Positions 36,484-49,855 of a DNA stretch of 64,000 bases are shown piece by piece; within the stretch, counting starts at the first letter, position 1; every line of letters starts with the position of its first letter. The notes beneath the pieces were generated by a model. It was not told the origin of the DNA, did not search any database, and saw only the letters and a list, made by a program, of their open reading frames with translations. The DNA is from Hyphochytrium catenoides (lineage: Eukaryota; Protista; Hyphochytriomycota). The translations under genes were made by a program, and so were the position numbers. Where the stretch lies: assembly GCA_900088475.1 (NCBI GenBank), contig FLMG01000154.1, positions 1-64,000 of the forward strand, given 5' to 3'.

Positions 36484-38195
36484 ATGGTAGGCAACGACGA
36501 AAGCTGGTCTCTTCTAACGTGTAGAGGTTGACGCTAATGCTTCTTAATGATGCTTCAGGGTAAAGCGAAGAAGACGAGAAAGTTTGCTGCAGTGAAGCGG
36601 ATGATCAGCCCTAAGGATCAGCGACTGTAAGTACAAACTATTCACGCCGGCCAGGGCTTGTCAGGCGGATAGAGAAGAGACTGGCAAGTTCGCCTGAGGG
36701 AGAACTCTTGACTGAGTCTAATCATGCCACAGAAAGACGGTCCAGAAGAAGCTTGACGAGAAGAAACAGAAGAAAGAGCAGAAAGAAGCACCTCGTCAAG
36801 TGTAAGATACTCCATTGTCATCCCCCGGTTGACCAGATGTTGTTCCTCCATGTCCTTGAACATTAACTACGCTGCTGTTTCTTGGCCCATTGCTCGACAT
36901 ACCTGTTAGGACTGCCCCTCTCTCGTCTTGGATAAATTGTCTCCTGGGTGTTAAGCCGTGCTCTTTAAGGGCTGCCGTATGGCACCTTGTCGCTGACTTT
37001 TTGCTTCTAATTGCTTCCATCGCTTTTAGTCCGAATGTACTTCCTTTTCAGCTTTGATTCTTCGAGCTAACTCATGGAGCGTATCCTCTTCTTGCTCGGT
37101 GGCTGTCTCTATTCTCCATGGAATCTACAACCTTTATTTCTTGTATGCCCTGCACACATCACTGTTTGCCCTACTTTGATTGTTCGAGCTAGCTCATGGA
37201 GCGTATCCTCTTCTTGCTCGGTGGCTGTCTCTATTCTCTATGGAACTTACAACCTTTATTTCTTGTTTGCCCTGCACACATCACTGTTTGCCCTGCACAC
37301 ATCACGTCCTGCAGCACCCAAACTCCTTCAGTGCTGTTCTTCAACTATAATACCCAGCTCGGGCCTCCCTACTACGTCTTAGTGGACACGAACTTCATCA
37401 ACTTCTCTATTAAAAACAAGCTGGACATTGTAAAGTCCATGATGGACTGCCTTCTGGCGAAGGCTATCCCTTGCATCACGGACTGTGTGATGGCGGAGCT
37501 TGAGAAACTTGGATCCAAGTATAGAGTCGCCCTGAGGTGCGTTTCCACACACAATTTCGTCAATAGTCCTTACTAAGCTTCAAGAAAGAGGGAATGTCTG
37601 TCCTTGGCTTGTCCTCTCATTTGCTTCGGCTGTCCATTATGAAGTTATGATGTCCTAAAACCCATGGTATTTTTATGCTTTGGCTCCGTGTCTTTTGGGT
37701 TGTCCCGTTCTCATCCCGTTAATGCTGTTTCGTCGTTTTCATGGCCTAACCAATTCTTCCGCCCCTCCTGAAGGCTTGCTAAAGACCCAAGGTTTGAGAG
37801 GCTACCCTGCACACATAAGGGCACTTACGCTGATGATTGCCTAGTTGAGAGGGTTCAGCAGGTAATATTTAGGACAGCCTTTACACTTCTGCCCCACTTG
37901 TCTTCCGTGCTCTTGATCGTCAAGCGCTCTATCTTCCGTTTGCGTCCTTACATGCCTCTTGTCTCATCTCCTCAAATATCGCATCAGCCATTCTTCGACT
38001 CTTGATTAACTCTTGTTTCCTTTCCGCTCGTTCCGCGGATTTCCTCTATGACTCCTTCAGCACCGCTGCTATCTTGTCGCCACGTGCGATAAGGAGCTAA
38101 AGCGGCGAATCCGCAAGGTGCCGGGTGTTCCTATCATGTACCTGTCTCAGCACAAGTATGTGATCGAGAGGATGCCAGAGGCTAACGCACTCTAG
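36484..38195 (+). CDS. FCF1: rRNA-processing PIN-domain endonuclease FCF1/UTP24
   Basis: ATG-only first exon, intron 36487-36558, then [42 protein letters not shown] and [19 protein letters not shown]. Confidence 0.95.
37052..37305. repeat. 122-bp tandem duplication plus 21-bp sub-repeat in an FCF1 intron
   Basis: Near-identical copies start at 37052 and 37174; the twin ORFs 37074 and 37196 are offset by 122. TGTTTGCCCTGCACACATCAC is repeated near the 3' splice site. Confidence 0.93.
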
Positions 38196-39132
38196 ATGCA
38201 TAAACCAGCCGGTCAGCTGTATAGCTCTTCTGTATCATAGGCACCTGGTGGTGCTAACCCCCTTTAGAAAAGAGAGAGAGCCCATGCGGCCTTTTTGTGT
38301 TTGTTTGTGAGAGAGAGAGCGACAGACAGAGAGAGAGCGAAAAGAGAGAGAGAGAGAGATAAACGGCCGGAAAGGCAAGTGTTCAAGCCGGGCTATACTC
38401 GTTGCCCCAGAGCAGTGCTATAAGAGTGAACTGCTTCCGCTATCAATAAGCCTTCTGTCATTCACTAGGCTCTTCGCTTAAGCAATCTGCGTAATGCTAC
38501 TAACGAGTTCTTTTCCTTTGTGAGGGAAGTCTCGCCGACTTACAGGAAATGTTTATACTAGCTACCATCTCTTGGACTATTCGCTTTTTTCTAATGGATG
38601 ACATCTTGCAGGCCCGGCGTCAAGAAATCTATGTCCCATGGGCTTGGCAGCTGGTATGAGTGCATCATGCCGCGAGGTCGGCTCAGGGTCTCTCAAACAT
38701 TATCAGTCAGGACCCCTATCAGCGCCGTGACTGCTAGTGTCCCCTACTTTTGAACGCGCAGCTGGGTGCAAGTCAGCTCTTAGCTGCTGGACTTCCCTTG
38801 AGAGCTGGTATATTGAAGATTTTGGCCTAACGGCTGGCGATAGTTTTGTACTCCGAGGCTCTGCCTTGCAGTTGTTTGGGGGTGGCCAACGTTATTACGA
38901 TCAAGGCGCTCTATCTCTGATCAAGCAACTTATCCCAGCATCGGCGTCACAAGTCGAAAAAAGAGCAAGAAACGCTAGCCGCCCTCGCGATCCTCAGTCA
39001 TCTCCTTGTTCGTCTGCTCCTATAGCTTGGCTTATTATAAACAGAGCGTCATTGCCTTCTCTTCTCCCTTCTTCCTCTCCCTCTCATCTCTGCCCTCTTT
39101 CTCCTCCTAAAGAAAGTCCTCCTCTTTCCTGC

Positions 39133-40074
39133 CTAGAGACCCTTTGAAAACGCCAACTTCCCCATATTGAGCAAGCCCGTGGCCTTCCGAGTAATCTGGA
39201 AAGCTCTCTCAATCACTCCGATCAAACACCGCGTTGGAATGCGAGATATTTCATTATCCGCACGGAGATCGAGCAGTTTCTTAACGCAGGCTTTCTCTTG
39301 GTCGGTCAAGGCCACTTCTTCATCAGCAAACAGGGAATCAAAGTCCTTGGGACTTAGATAACGTGGCACTACCTTATTGCGAAGAAGGTAGAGGTCTTCG
39401 GGCGTACTGGCGCCATTGAAGCAAGACACTAACCATCGCTTATCGAGAGTGCCGAGATCCTCCTTCTCTAGCACCAGCCGTATCAACCCGACAACCAGTT
39501 CGTCTATTGAGTAGCCTTTGCGTAGAACCATTTCTCCAGTTCTGGAAAAAAAAAACTTTCCCAGAGGAATGTTCTCTTCATCCTCTTCGTTCAAAGTCAT
39601 GTCAGGACTATATGACCTAGTCCTAGCAGGTGTTGCGGCCCTTGCGAGCAACAAAAGCTCATCCGCTAGCACACCATCGAGGTCGCTCGGTATGAAGGTT
39701 TTCTTCCCTACATCGACATGGTCAAAGTCGCTATACAATTTCTCGATTTGCCCGAGAATTTCAACAAGTGATGGGTTGACCAATGCGGACGTAACCTTGG
39801 TATGCCTGCTTACAGCATGTTTCATCAGTTTGCAGCACTTACGCGCTGCCAAAAGGTGTTGCATGACATCAATTTCTTTGTCGAAATCTCTTCTGCCATC
39901 CACTGAATAAGCCAAGCCGTAACCAGGAGCAGAAGCGATGGCACGATACACTGTGTTCCACACAGCATCACGCAAACCCATGAGATCAATAGTGGTGAGC
40001 TGACGGCTCTGGATAGGGTTTGGTGTCCCAGCGAGCACCGACCCATTATAGCGTCCCCTCTTGTGCTGCTCCAT
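39133..40074 (-). CDS. Intronless hypothetical protein (313 aa from first ATG)
   Basis: Long uninterrupted ORF with globular composition; no recognisable motif. Confidence 0.55.
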   Translation of the reverse strand: MEQHKRGRYNGSVLAGTPNPIQSRQLTTIDLMGLRDAVWNTVYRAIASAPGYGLAYSVDGRRDFDKEIDVMQHLLAARKCCKLMKHAVSRHTKVTSALVNPSLVEILGQIEKLYSDFDHVDVGKKTFIPSDLDGVLADELLLLARAATPARTRSYSPDMTLNEEDEENIPLGKFFFSRTGEMVLRKGYSIDELVVGLIRLVLEKEDLGTLDKRWLVSCFNGASTPEDLYLLRNKVVPRYLSPKDFDSLFADEEVALTDQEKACVKKLLDLRADNEISRIPTRCLIGVIERAFQITRKATGLLNMGKLAFSKGL

Positions 40075-40298
40075 GATGTGAAGGAGAAGCAATTATTCTT
40101 CCGATAATAAGGTGTGTGCTAACTGCTGACGATGGTCATTGCCAAAAAATAGCGAGGCTCTACTCCTCAACTACCATGTCTTCTTCGCTCGCGGATCGAG
40201 GAGCTGAGATCTACCATGTCCGCAGTTATTAGTTGGGGAACTAGACCTTAGCTCTACGGGTCTGCAGAGCTCAACTGTGTGCAACAACAGCGGATTGG

Positions 40299-40361
40299 NN
40301 NNNNNNNNNNNNNNNNNNNNNNNNNNNNNNNNNNNNNNNNNNNNNNNNNNNNNNNNNNNNN
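40299..40361. other. Assembly gap (63 N); a second 6-N gap is at 11092-11097
   Basis: Runs of N in the sequence. Confidence 0.99.
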
Positions 40362-41145
40362 ACGGCAACGTCGCTAACGGCAAGCAGAATCATGCCGCTA
40401 ACGATAAGGCTGAAGACTCGAGTGCATATACCAACTCTTCTGACTCATCAACTAACAACTACAAGAAGAGTGAACAACCTCCTCTTCTTCTTCTTCTTTC
40501 CCTCCTCTGGACCTCAGCATCATCGATCAGAAGCAGCAGCAATTGTTGACGCACTCCTTGTCATCTTGGACAAGACAAGAAGCACAGAACATCGACCTTG
40601 AAGAAGTGCCAGTGCCAGGTCTCACTCCTATTATTATCGTCAAACACTCCTCCTACTAACTACGGCCCCGATTCATTCCTGTAGATGATAGATTCTCTTC
40701 TTTCAGATTCTGTCAGCCCACCCCAGCAACCGCAGATGAGGAAGCCCACATACTAATACCTTACTAGTTCGGCTCTTAGAAGGAGCTCTAGAACTCGCTC
40801 AAAGCCTCAGTATGTTACGCTCAGAGGGACTATTATTATTCTGAACGCAACTGTTGTGAGTACTGGATTCCTCGGAGTTCTAACCTCCTATAGTGTTTGA
40901 CTCTCTGTGCGTGCCTTGTTAGTAGAGCTTCAGCTTGTCGTTAGCGGCATGAATCTGCTTCATATGAGGCAATCCGGGATATTCAGTAATCAATGAGAGA
41001 TACAAGAGGTAACTGATTCTCTGACCAGCCCTTCTGGAGGAGGTCTGGGTTGATGAGGAGCGTTCCGTCTTCCAGTTCAGAGGTTGCACCCCATCAATCC
41101 TGCCGTCAGCCCTGCACGACTTCCATGTCCGCTTGCAAACCTCGG

Positions 41146-41146
<1 letters not shown>

Positions 41147-41214
<68 letters not shown>

Positions 41215-41232
41215 TTTCTCTCTCTCTCTCTT
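41147..41232. repeat. (CT)n microsatellite upstream of BCKDHA
   Basis: Direct CT run. Shorter (GA)n tracts occur at about 21401-21426 and 38270-38360. Confidence 0.95.
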
Positions 41233-41398
41233 CACTGCTCGTGTCTTCAACAACACTTTCTGCCCCTAGACGGCCCAGATTGTACTCCAAAGCTCATCAC
41301 TCCTCATTTTCCATCCAGTCCGGGTTCGTCGTGGTTCTAGAAGTAGCGGAGGATTCTCACTGTGCTGAACGAAGGCCAGGAGCACGAGCTCTGAGAAA

Positions 41399-44300
41399 AT
41401 GTCAAGCCTGCGACTGCCATTACGTTTGCTTGCCTCTGCTGGGCGAACGCGAGGCTTACTTCGCAAATTGCCAAGCCAACATGCTGCCGCTATGTCGTCC
41501 ATCGGTAAGTGCTGAAGGTGGACTCAATCTCTATCTCCACCCCCGGCGGTATCGTGTCTAGCATCTTTCTGTCGCTCTTGGACATATCTTGAGGTTTCTA
41601 ACCTCATCTCCTCATCACATCCTCCACTTGAATGCTATCCTCTGTCGACCTGGCCTTCTCTCTTTCTATAGGTTGTCTTCTGTTTCCAATTCCTAATCTT
41701 TGTCGCGTCTGTGCCGTTAGCCGCCTTAATCTGGCTTCTGTTCCTTCTGTGTTCTGATAATCCTCTCCTTTGGCTCTGCCTTTCGCGCAATGTTTCCCAG
41801 CCAACTTTCCAGGCGGGCAAGCTGTGAGGCTGGTAGAGAAGCTGGAGATCCAGGTGCCATCTTTCGAAGAGCGCATCCCAGCTTACAGAGGTAGGAGAAC
41901 ACAAAGAGCATCATCTTTAAATACCGGCATTCTAACTGCGGTGTGCACATGGCAGTGATGGACGAGGATGGGTCAATAAGGCCCGGTGCCACTGTTCCAG
42001 AGGTCCGTCTCTGTCTCTCTGTCTCTCTCTCCCTCTCTCTGTGGCCTCATTTCGTTGTGACCTCCCTCTGGATAATAGCTGCTCATCTGGCTCACTTGCG
42101 GTGTCTCTCTGAATCTTTCCACTATACAAGATTCAAAGGCGCTTCTATCTTGTGGCAAGCAAAGCGACAGCTTGGCCTCTTTTCCTTACTCATCTTTCTG
42201 AAAATACTTCTTTCATCATCTTCATCATCCTTCGAGGGCCCTGGCGTGTTTGCTGATATTCTTGGTACTCATGTCTTGACAGCTTTCAGACGATGATCTG
42301 CTACGAATGTACCACGTGATGGTCCGCTTACAGAACATGGATCAGATTTTCTATGATGCACAGCGACAGGTGCGACGACCCAATACCGTTCTCAACTCTA
42401 CGCATCATGCTCCTCCGCTTTCCAGCCCCTCATTGTCTGTTTCTCACACTGAGATCTAGTTCTTCCTTTTTTACGGCTCGTGGAACTGATGAAGTGCTTC
42501 ACATGCTGACCTCGCTCTGCCCTTCCCATACGACCCTCTCCGGCATCGAAACAGGGAAGAATCTCATTCTATATGACAAGCATGGGAGAGGAGGGCACAC
42601 AGATCGGCAGTGCCGCTGCCATTAGCAATCGTAAGTGTTGGGGCAAGATAGGGATGGGATGTGATGTGAACGAATCTTCTAAAGTCAAGCGTATATGAGG
42701 TTCGAGAGGAGGAAAGAGAATATAGAGGGCTATCTGAATACAGGCGGAGAGGGCTAGAGAGAGATGAAGAGCCTGTGGAAGCGTGATATGAGGGTGCCCT
42801 GAAGGCATGATAAGGTGGAGTCAGTAGACCGCTGTCCATAGACTATGAATTGACAAGTCTTCTGTTGGCATAGAGGACACGGTCTTCGCGCAATATCGCG
42901 AGCCGGGCGTTCTCATGTGGAGAGGATTTACTCTAGAGCAGTTTGCCGACCAGGTATGGGGCTCCAGCTTCGTTAAATCCTTCGGTGTTCCTAGGTCTGC
43001 TCCACGCTCTTTCTAAAGCACGTCAAACGACTAATTCTCTACCTCTTCCCCGCTGTGTCAAGTGCTTTGCCACCATTGATGACAATGGCAAAGGACGGCA
43101 GATGCCGGTACATTATGGTTCGAAAGCTCTGAACTATCAGACGATCTCTTCGCCTCTGGCCACACAAATTCCTCAGGTAAGAAAATCTAGCTTCGCTCTG
43201 CAGGAGAGGGAGATTTTGTCACCTTTTCTATCACGATTGCCAATAGTAGCGGTAAATAATCACCAATGGCTGCTCTTCTCCTTTCTGGTCCATCTCTGCT
43301 GCTCAGGCTGTTGGTGCTGCTTACGCCGTCAAGCTGTCGCCCCAGGCGGGAAAGCAAATCGCAGTGTGCTACTTTGGAGAGGGGGCAGCTAGTGAAGGAG
43401 ACTTTCATGCTGGTGCGACAGATCACTTGAGAAACGCGCGTTACGATCTTTTCCTTGCTTTCCTCGTTTGTTACGTTTCGCTTTGCGCTCTCTCATTGGC
43501 GGTCCGTCTGTCTCACCGTCTCCCTGTCTACTCGGAGTGGAATTTGACTGACATGAGACGTTGTCGAATGCTTCTACCTACAGCACTAAACATGGCTGCG
43601 ACGACCAAGAGCCCAGTCCTCTTCTTCTGTCGAAACAACGGTTACGCTATTAGGTATGTCAGCTCTTGCTGGCCCTCTCCTTGCATTTCCTACGAGCACA
43701 TGAGTATAGGGTCTGTCGGGAAAATGGGCTCACTTCCCACGGGTCATAGAGGTTTTCCTTACGTCTCTTTGGCCGTCATTCACCTCCCTCTGTGTGTTAC
43801 TCCTACGGGTCCCCACCCCTGTTTTCCTTTCTCACTCCGTTCTTTTTCATTCCCTTCACAGTACCTCTGTGGTGGACCAATTCGCAGGAGACGGCATCGC
43901 TTCCCGTGGCGTCGGCTACGGGATGGCGGTCGTCCGGGTTGATGGAAACGATATCTTTGCGGTCTATAACGCCACTAAGGCAGCGAGGGAATACATTCTC
44001 CAGACAGGGAAGCCCATTCTTTTAGAGTCGATGACGTACAGACAGGGTAAGTAGCACTGGACCACAGCCGCTCTAGGTTCTCCAGCGCTGTTGACCTATC
44101 TGTCTGGCCCCTAACTTTGCTCTGCTCACCCTCTTAGGGCATCATTCAACCTCTGATGACTCGACACGATATCGCGATGTATCTGAGATCAAAATGTGGA
44201 AGGACAAGCACTGCCCCGTCAACAGAATGAAGAATTACCTCATTGTAAGAGCGAAACGGCAATTGGGAGAGGGAGGACTGGGAGGAGAACTAAAAATTAG

Positions 44301-44746
44301 GAAAAATTTAAGGAAGCTAGACGTGTGATATTCATAACACTTTTTCAGGCCAAAGGACTGTGGAGCGATGCTCAGGAGCAGACTCTAAGAGACGGAGAGC
44401 GACAGAACGTCCTCACCGCCATGCAACAGGTAACGAGTCCGCATTTGGGACTGATGGTTCCTCTTCACTCATCATCTTGTGTTGTCACTCACTCTTTCTC
44501 ACTTCCAAGGCTGAGAGAAAGGAGAAACCACCAATGGACTCTCTCTTCGAGGACGTCTACAAGGAAAAGCCAGCCCATCTCCAGGTAAGTTGCACTTGAA
44601 ATCTTGACGTTGTCTATGCCTCAATCTATGGCTCATTCCTCGACCGCTTTCTTTCGCTTTGTGTCGTGGTACACCAGTGGCAAGAGAAGAAGATGCTAGA
44701 GCACGTTGCCAAGTACCCAGATCACTACACGATAGGAGGACACTAA
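41399..44746 (+). CDS. BCKDHA: 2-oxoisovalerate dehydrogenase E1 alpha subunit, mitochondrial
   Basis: Presequence [23 protein letters not shown]. Motifs [67 protein letters not shown] and GHHSTSDDS. Confidence 0.96.
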
Positions 44747-45094
44747 ATGTATATTATACAGGATACGCTGTGTGTCAATCATTTATACTTCCACTAAGAT
44801 CTCTCTTTCTAATCTGCCTCCATTATATGGAGCATTATTGAGAAGCTCTTGGGGACTATGCACATATGGGCCGAGGGTTTCATATAAAAATGAGTTGATT
44901 GGGTCTCGCTTTATGCATGCAAATACGTTGAGACCATCTTGTGCTGCCGGAAGAGCTAGCGCAAGCAGGCTTTCAAAGTTCGAAGGCACGTAGATAGAAG
45001 AAGTAACTCCAGGCTGGAGGTTGGAGTTTCGATAGCTAGCTGTTAGTCTTCTCTTTGTGTGGCCGGCATGGCGATGTTTAAGGGCTTTCCACGT

Positions 45095-48000
45095 TTACCT
45101 TCCCAGCGCAAGGGAAGATATGAACTCCATAAAGGAGGGATCATCTGTAGGTGGGAAGGAGTCCGCGATGGTCTTCAAGTTCCCTTGTAGCCGCGAGGGC
45201 ATCCATGGTAGAGCATCGACACCATCCACAAAAAGATCTTTATGCTGGGGCGCAAGTCTAAAGGGGTAGGCAGGGTTATAGAAGGTTAGCCTAGGCGAAG
45301 CATCTCTCAACTCAGAAGAGCACAAAAGAGTGCAGAGGTAATAAAATTAAGGGCTGCAAAATCGACTTCTCCCTGCATCTGCTCTCCAAAAATTGATAAG
45401 AGGAGATATTCCCCGGAGCAAAACCCTACCAAACAAGGGGTGAACAATAGAGCAGCAGACGGTAAAAGCTCCTTGACTGCAGGTTGAACAACTTGCAAGA
45501 GGACCACACCTGGAGCTTATAAAACGTAGGTCAGAGCCATCCGGAGACAAACGGCGCATTAGAGGAGGACGTAGACGTTTCTCAGTCATGCAATCCACCA
45601 GCTGAGAGATAATGGGCTCTAAGCTTGCGCTAATCTTGCTCTGGTGCTGACTCTCCCTCGTCCGCGGTGGCTTCATGAAGATATGTACCCCAGCATCAAG
45701 CACGATCAAGGAATCCTCTGCAGACAGTAAAGATAGTGTAGAAAGCGGTAGGGCATCCGCCTCCTCCAACAAAGTTGCTGATTTAGAGAGTACAAGCAGA
45801 CATGGAAGTAATTTAGCAGGTGAGACATTGAAGGATGGCATCATCTGTATAACAGCACTATTCTTATAGGGGTCACAACAGACAGTGAATGAGAGGACAA
45901 CCCGAGGAGGCAGCGAATTGAGCAGAATAGGGGAGTTAAGGAGGTGCTCAAGAGCAGCCACCCTAGTTCTCACCTGGTAGCGTATCGGCTTCCCTCGCGG
46001 CATTAAGCAGGAACTCTGGGTTGAAAGAGTAGAACTTGGGACATATAACTCTCAGGGCAACTTCCTTATCCAAGTGCCATATCACATGGCGAACGTAGCT
46101 CACCTCATCTGAAGGACAAGAGACAAAACAGGGGAGAATAAGTTGCAGAGACAGACAACATCAACGTACTAGAACAGTTTAGCTCACACAGTTTCCACAC
46201 CTGAAGGTGAAGCGGCAAACAGAGGTGAACGCAGCAGATGGAAGACAAGCCACGGGAGCTCTTTTAGAGAAGCCGGGAGAGAGTTTATGAGTTCCACCGA
46301 AGAAATGGAGGAGAATGGCAGTGATGCTTCTATCCCAGCTTCTAAGGGTCTCTGCGCCTAGGTATAGATGCAGCAACAGGATATAATGGGAGCAGGGGAG
46401 AAGGAATGAGGGGGAAAAGCTCACAAAACTGAACTTAGAGATAACCTGACATTTGCCTAAAAAAGGACATGCGTACAAAGGACCAGTGTACTTAAGGTAC
46501 AAGTGACAGAGCAAGTATGGCTAGAAGGACGCGTGTGTGTGGTATGCCCTCCTGACCTCATGCACCCTCTTCCAGCCGTCTAAAATGACCCTAAGGGTGT
46601 TTTTCACGAAGAGGACAGCCAAGGCATTGCCTGGAGGATAAAGCAAGTCAGAGAGGTCTCTCGCATATTCCCCTAATCAGCAATAGGCTAAACAGATGGC
46701 AGTAGTGCAAAGAGTCGGCAACGACACTGCCTTTCAAGTGACACGTTATCGGGGTGTCTCTGAGCACGTATAGAGCAACAAGGATGGGGCATGAGCAAGA
46801 AAGGCCTAAGAGAGAACGCAGACCTTTGCTCCAGGCCTTGCTCTCTAGGGCGATACGAACTGCCGTTCTTGCCATAAGCCAGGCTATCGTGTGAGCCGAG
46901 AGGCGCTCATACACCTCCAAGGGATCTTGTGAAAAGGCCAGGGTCTGCGTCAACCAGTAGTAAACTGGAACAAAGTGCTCACGATCACCGCAACCTTCCT
47001 TCCCTGTGATTGCCACTTGAAAGCAATGTTCGTCTTCATTTGCGTCATCTTCCTCCACCATAGTTGAAGGCGAAGGACTGCGACCATTAAGTGAGGTCTT
47101 TAACTCTACATGGAGGGTCTCGTCCGGATCTAAGGATGGCCAGAGAAGAGTGTAGTTATTTACGGTCTTCTTATCCCCTGGTCGCCGCTGGCAAACTGAG
47201 AAGCTTTCTTCTTCGCCATGGCCCTCTATGGGATTCATCCAACTGGAGAGAGACCCGAGGTGGCGAGTGAAATACGACCAGAATCCGGCGCCTGCTGTTT
47301 GGTTACAGTCAGAAGGGCAAACAACAGCCGTGGTAACCCAATCTAGAGAAGAGAGCCTGGCCCAAGGCTGGTCATGGTGAAAGCGCAGAATAATGGATGA
47401 TGAGCCAAGAGAGCAAAATAAACTTAGCAAATAATTGAGGTACCTGGGTGCTCGGACGTTTCGGACATAGCTTCTGGTGTCCCTAGCACGTACGAGTGAA
47501 GTTAAAAGGCTGGCTAGCTAGTAAACTTGATAAGAGATGGCTAGAAACTGCTCCTCTGCGAACAGAGATCTCTAAAACGTTCCGTGTTATGTGTCATGTC
47601 ACCAACATCCATATTTTCCAGTCCACCGAGCGGGTGATCCTAACCTAACTTACGTACCTTGTTCAGTAAGTGTCGCAGCTACTAAGCGCTTAATACGGAG
47701 AACTTTAGGCAATCTGATCTCCACAGAGACGGGGTCGAGGCGAGCATAACTCCAACGTAGGTTCGTAAGGCATCGCTCCACTTCTTTCTGGTTCTTTAAG
47801 GACGAAAGCATATAAAGTGCGCCGCCTGTGCCTTCCACAGCCCCTGACAGGGCGCGGATATTGAAGAAGCTGGAGCCTCCGCAAATAATGTCTGTGATGA
47901 CTCTATTCTCTCTGCTGGCTTTTGAGAGGCTCGAGTAATAGAGCTCCGCCTACTGACACCAGAAAGTAAATGAGCCACGGGCCTAATAGAATGCTACGCA

Positions 48001-49855
48001 TAAGAACAGCACTGAAATGTACCGAAGCTCAGAACGGACACCCAGGCAACAGCAAAGTGGAGATATGAAGACTTCGCGACGGCATGAGCTGTTGAGTTTG
48101 GGGATGGCTACCTCCTCCGTCTCGGGATCTTGTTCCACATCACCTGATGGCCAGATGTGAGCCTCGGTCCTGCCTCTGCCATAGTTACAATGCCCCTTCG
48201 TAATGGCGAGTACCCTACCGAACCCTGCTGAAGCGTGGCATTAGAATACCGGGGGGGCCAGGGGCCAAGAGGAAGAGAGAAAAAAGAGAAGAGAGAGAGA
48301 AGAGGGAGGGAGAGGAGTAACCTTGAGCTTTCAAGATTTGATGGGAAGACGGTCATGGGATGGTTTTCCCACTACACTCTTTCACCTGCATCAGAAGGTG
48401 ATGATGATGCCCGAGAAGAAAGATTTGTGGCTATCTCCAATGCTCTTCCCAGGGCCCGCGGAACTTCGTCTTTCAGCGGGTGGCAGCGTTGAGCGGAAGC
48501 ATCTGCCAATGAATTGAGAGCCTGCAGAAGCTGTGGGCGAGCCGTTGAGCAGGGTGCTGTGATAGGGGCTGTGCCTACAGTCGAAGCCATGGAGGGTGGT
48601 GGCCAGGTAACGGACGGGAATGCTCAGAAGCAGCGAAGAGTCCCGTGGCAAGCCCCAGGGTAAAGAGAGACAGTGCACCAAGGAAGAAGGAACTCTTTCA
48701 AAGTAGCAGAGAGGGAACTGTCAAAGGAAGGCAAGCATTGAGTGCCAAGAAGCAACCCGTGTCAACCTTGAAAGAGGCAGAGCAGGAAAGGAGTTAGCAA
48801 GCCGAAGCAAAACAGTCAACAGTACTATCATCAACGATGACAAACGAAGGGAAGAAAAGGGGAGGATACTTCTTCTTTGTACATCATCTCGCTCTTGCCT
48901 TGTCCTTTTTGGATGACTTCCCAAGCCACCACCGGGATGACACGCTCCTCTCTCAACTCTAGCGCTCGGACCACAGAGGAGAACGTCAACAAGCTAATCT
49001 TAGGATCTCCCAGCTCGATCAGGAGCTCGATCAGCTTGTCTACTCCGTGGCATACGCCTCTTACTTCATCAGGAGAGAGCGTCTCGTCCACCACCAGCAC
49101 GAGGTTCGAGCAGGAGATAGGACATGACCGTGTAGAGGCAGAACCTATGTAGAGGTGATAAGTGCGGAGTAAGTGAGCAAGAAGCGGGAAAGTGAGACGA
49201 AAGGAGGGAAAGGTTGATAGATCAAAGAAGTGAGATGGGGTTAAGATACAAAGAGTTCTTCACTAGCCAGACCAGCAGGACGAGATAAGGAGCAAGGATC
49301 GACTGTCCTGGGCTCCTTGGGAGACTATAGGGCTTGGCCTCCTTCTTAGACTATAGGGGTTGACCAAGAAGGATCGGCAGCCATAGAGGGCCATCGGTGA
49401 CTATGTATCAGCTTACTCTGTCTCTGCTGGCCTCCACTATTGCTGCCGTGATGCCCAGAGCCATAGAAGCACCAGTCAGACACTTTCCTCAGCTCTGGGA
49501 AGAGCTCTGCAAAGCTAGTATGAGTCTTCCTATCGAGAAGAGCCGGCGACCAGCGAGGGTTCACGGCGTGACACACCGCACAGGCCCAAGATCCGACAAC
49601 GCCATCCACAACGCGACATTGCCCGCTAATAAAAGCACCACAGGCGGAGCACGAGGGCGGAGCTCCGGAGCCATCAACTCCCTGAGAAACGTTGTGAACG
49701 CAGGGGATGTTGGCCTCATTGCTCTGGGTACAACTGGCAAGGCCTACAGCGGAGAGAGGAGAAAGAATAAAGCCGAATGGAAAGGAAAGGTCTGAAGTGG
49801 ACGAGGCAAAGGGAGAAGGAAAGCAATCGCTAGTAAGCTGGAGTGCGTCTGCCAT
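45095..49855 (-). CDS. Divergent Sec23-family COPII coat protein (zinc finger, vWA trunk, gelsolin-like)
   Basis: Zn finger PPSCSACGAFI..WACAVCHAVN, trunk LVLVVDETL and PRALGRALEIA, gelsolin LIVLDAGVHIF, and GSDLRFISSR|LAPQHKD. Both ends approximate. Confidence 0.8.

Noticed and set aside
37052-37305. Possible CRISPR-like array
   Set aside because: Only two contiguous copies with no spacers, inside a eukaryotic intron.
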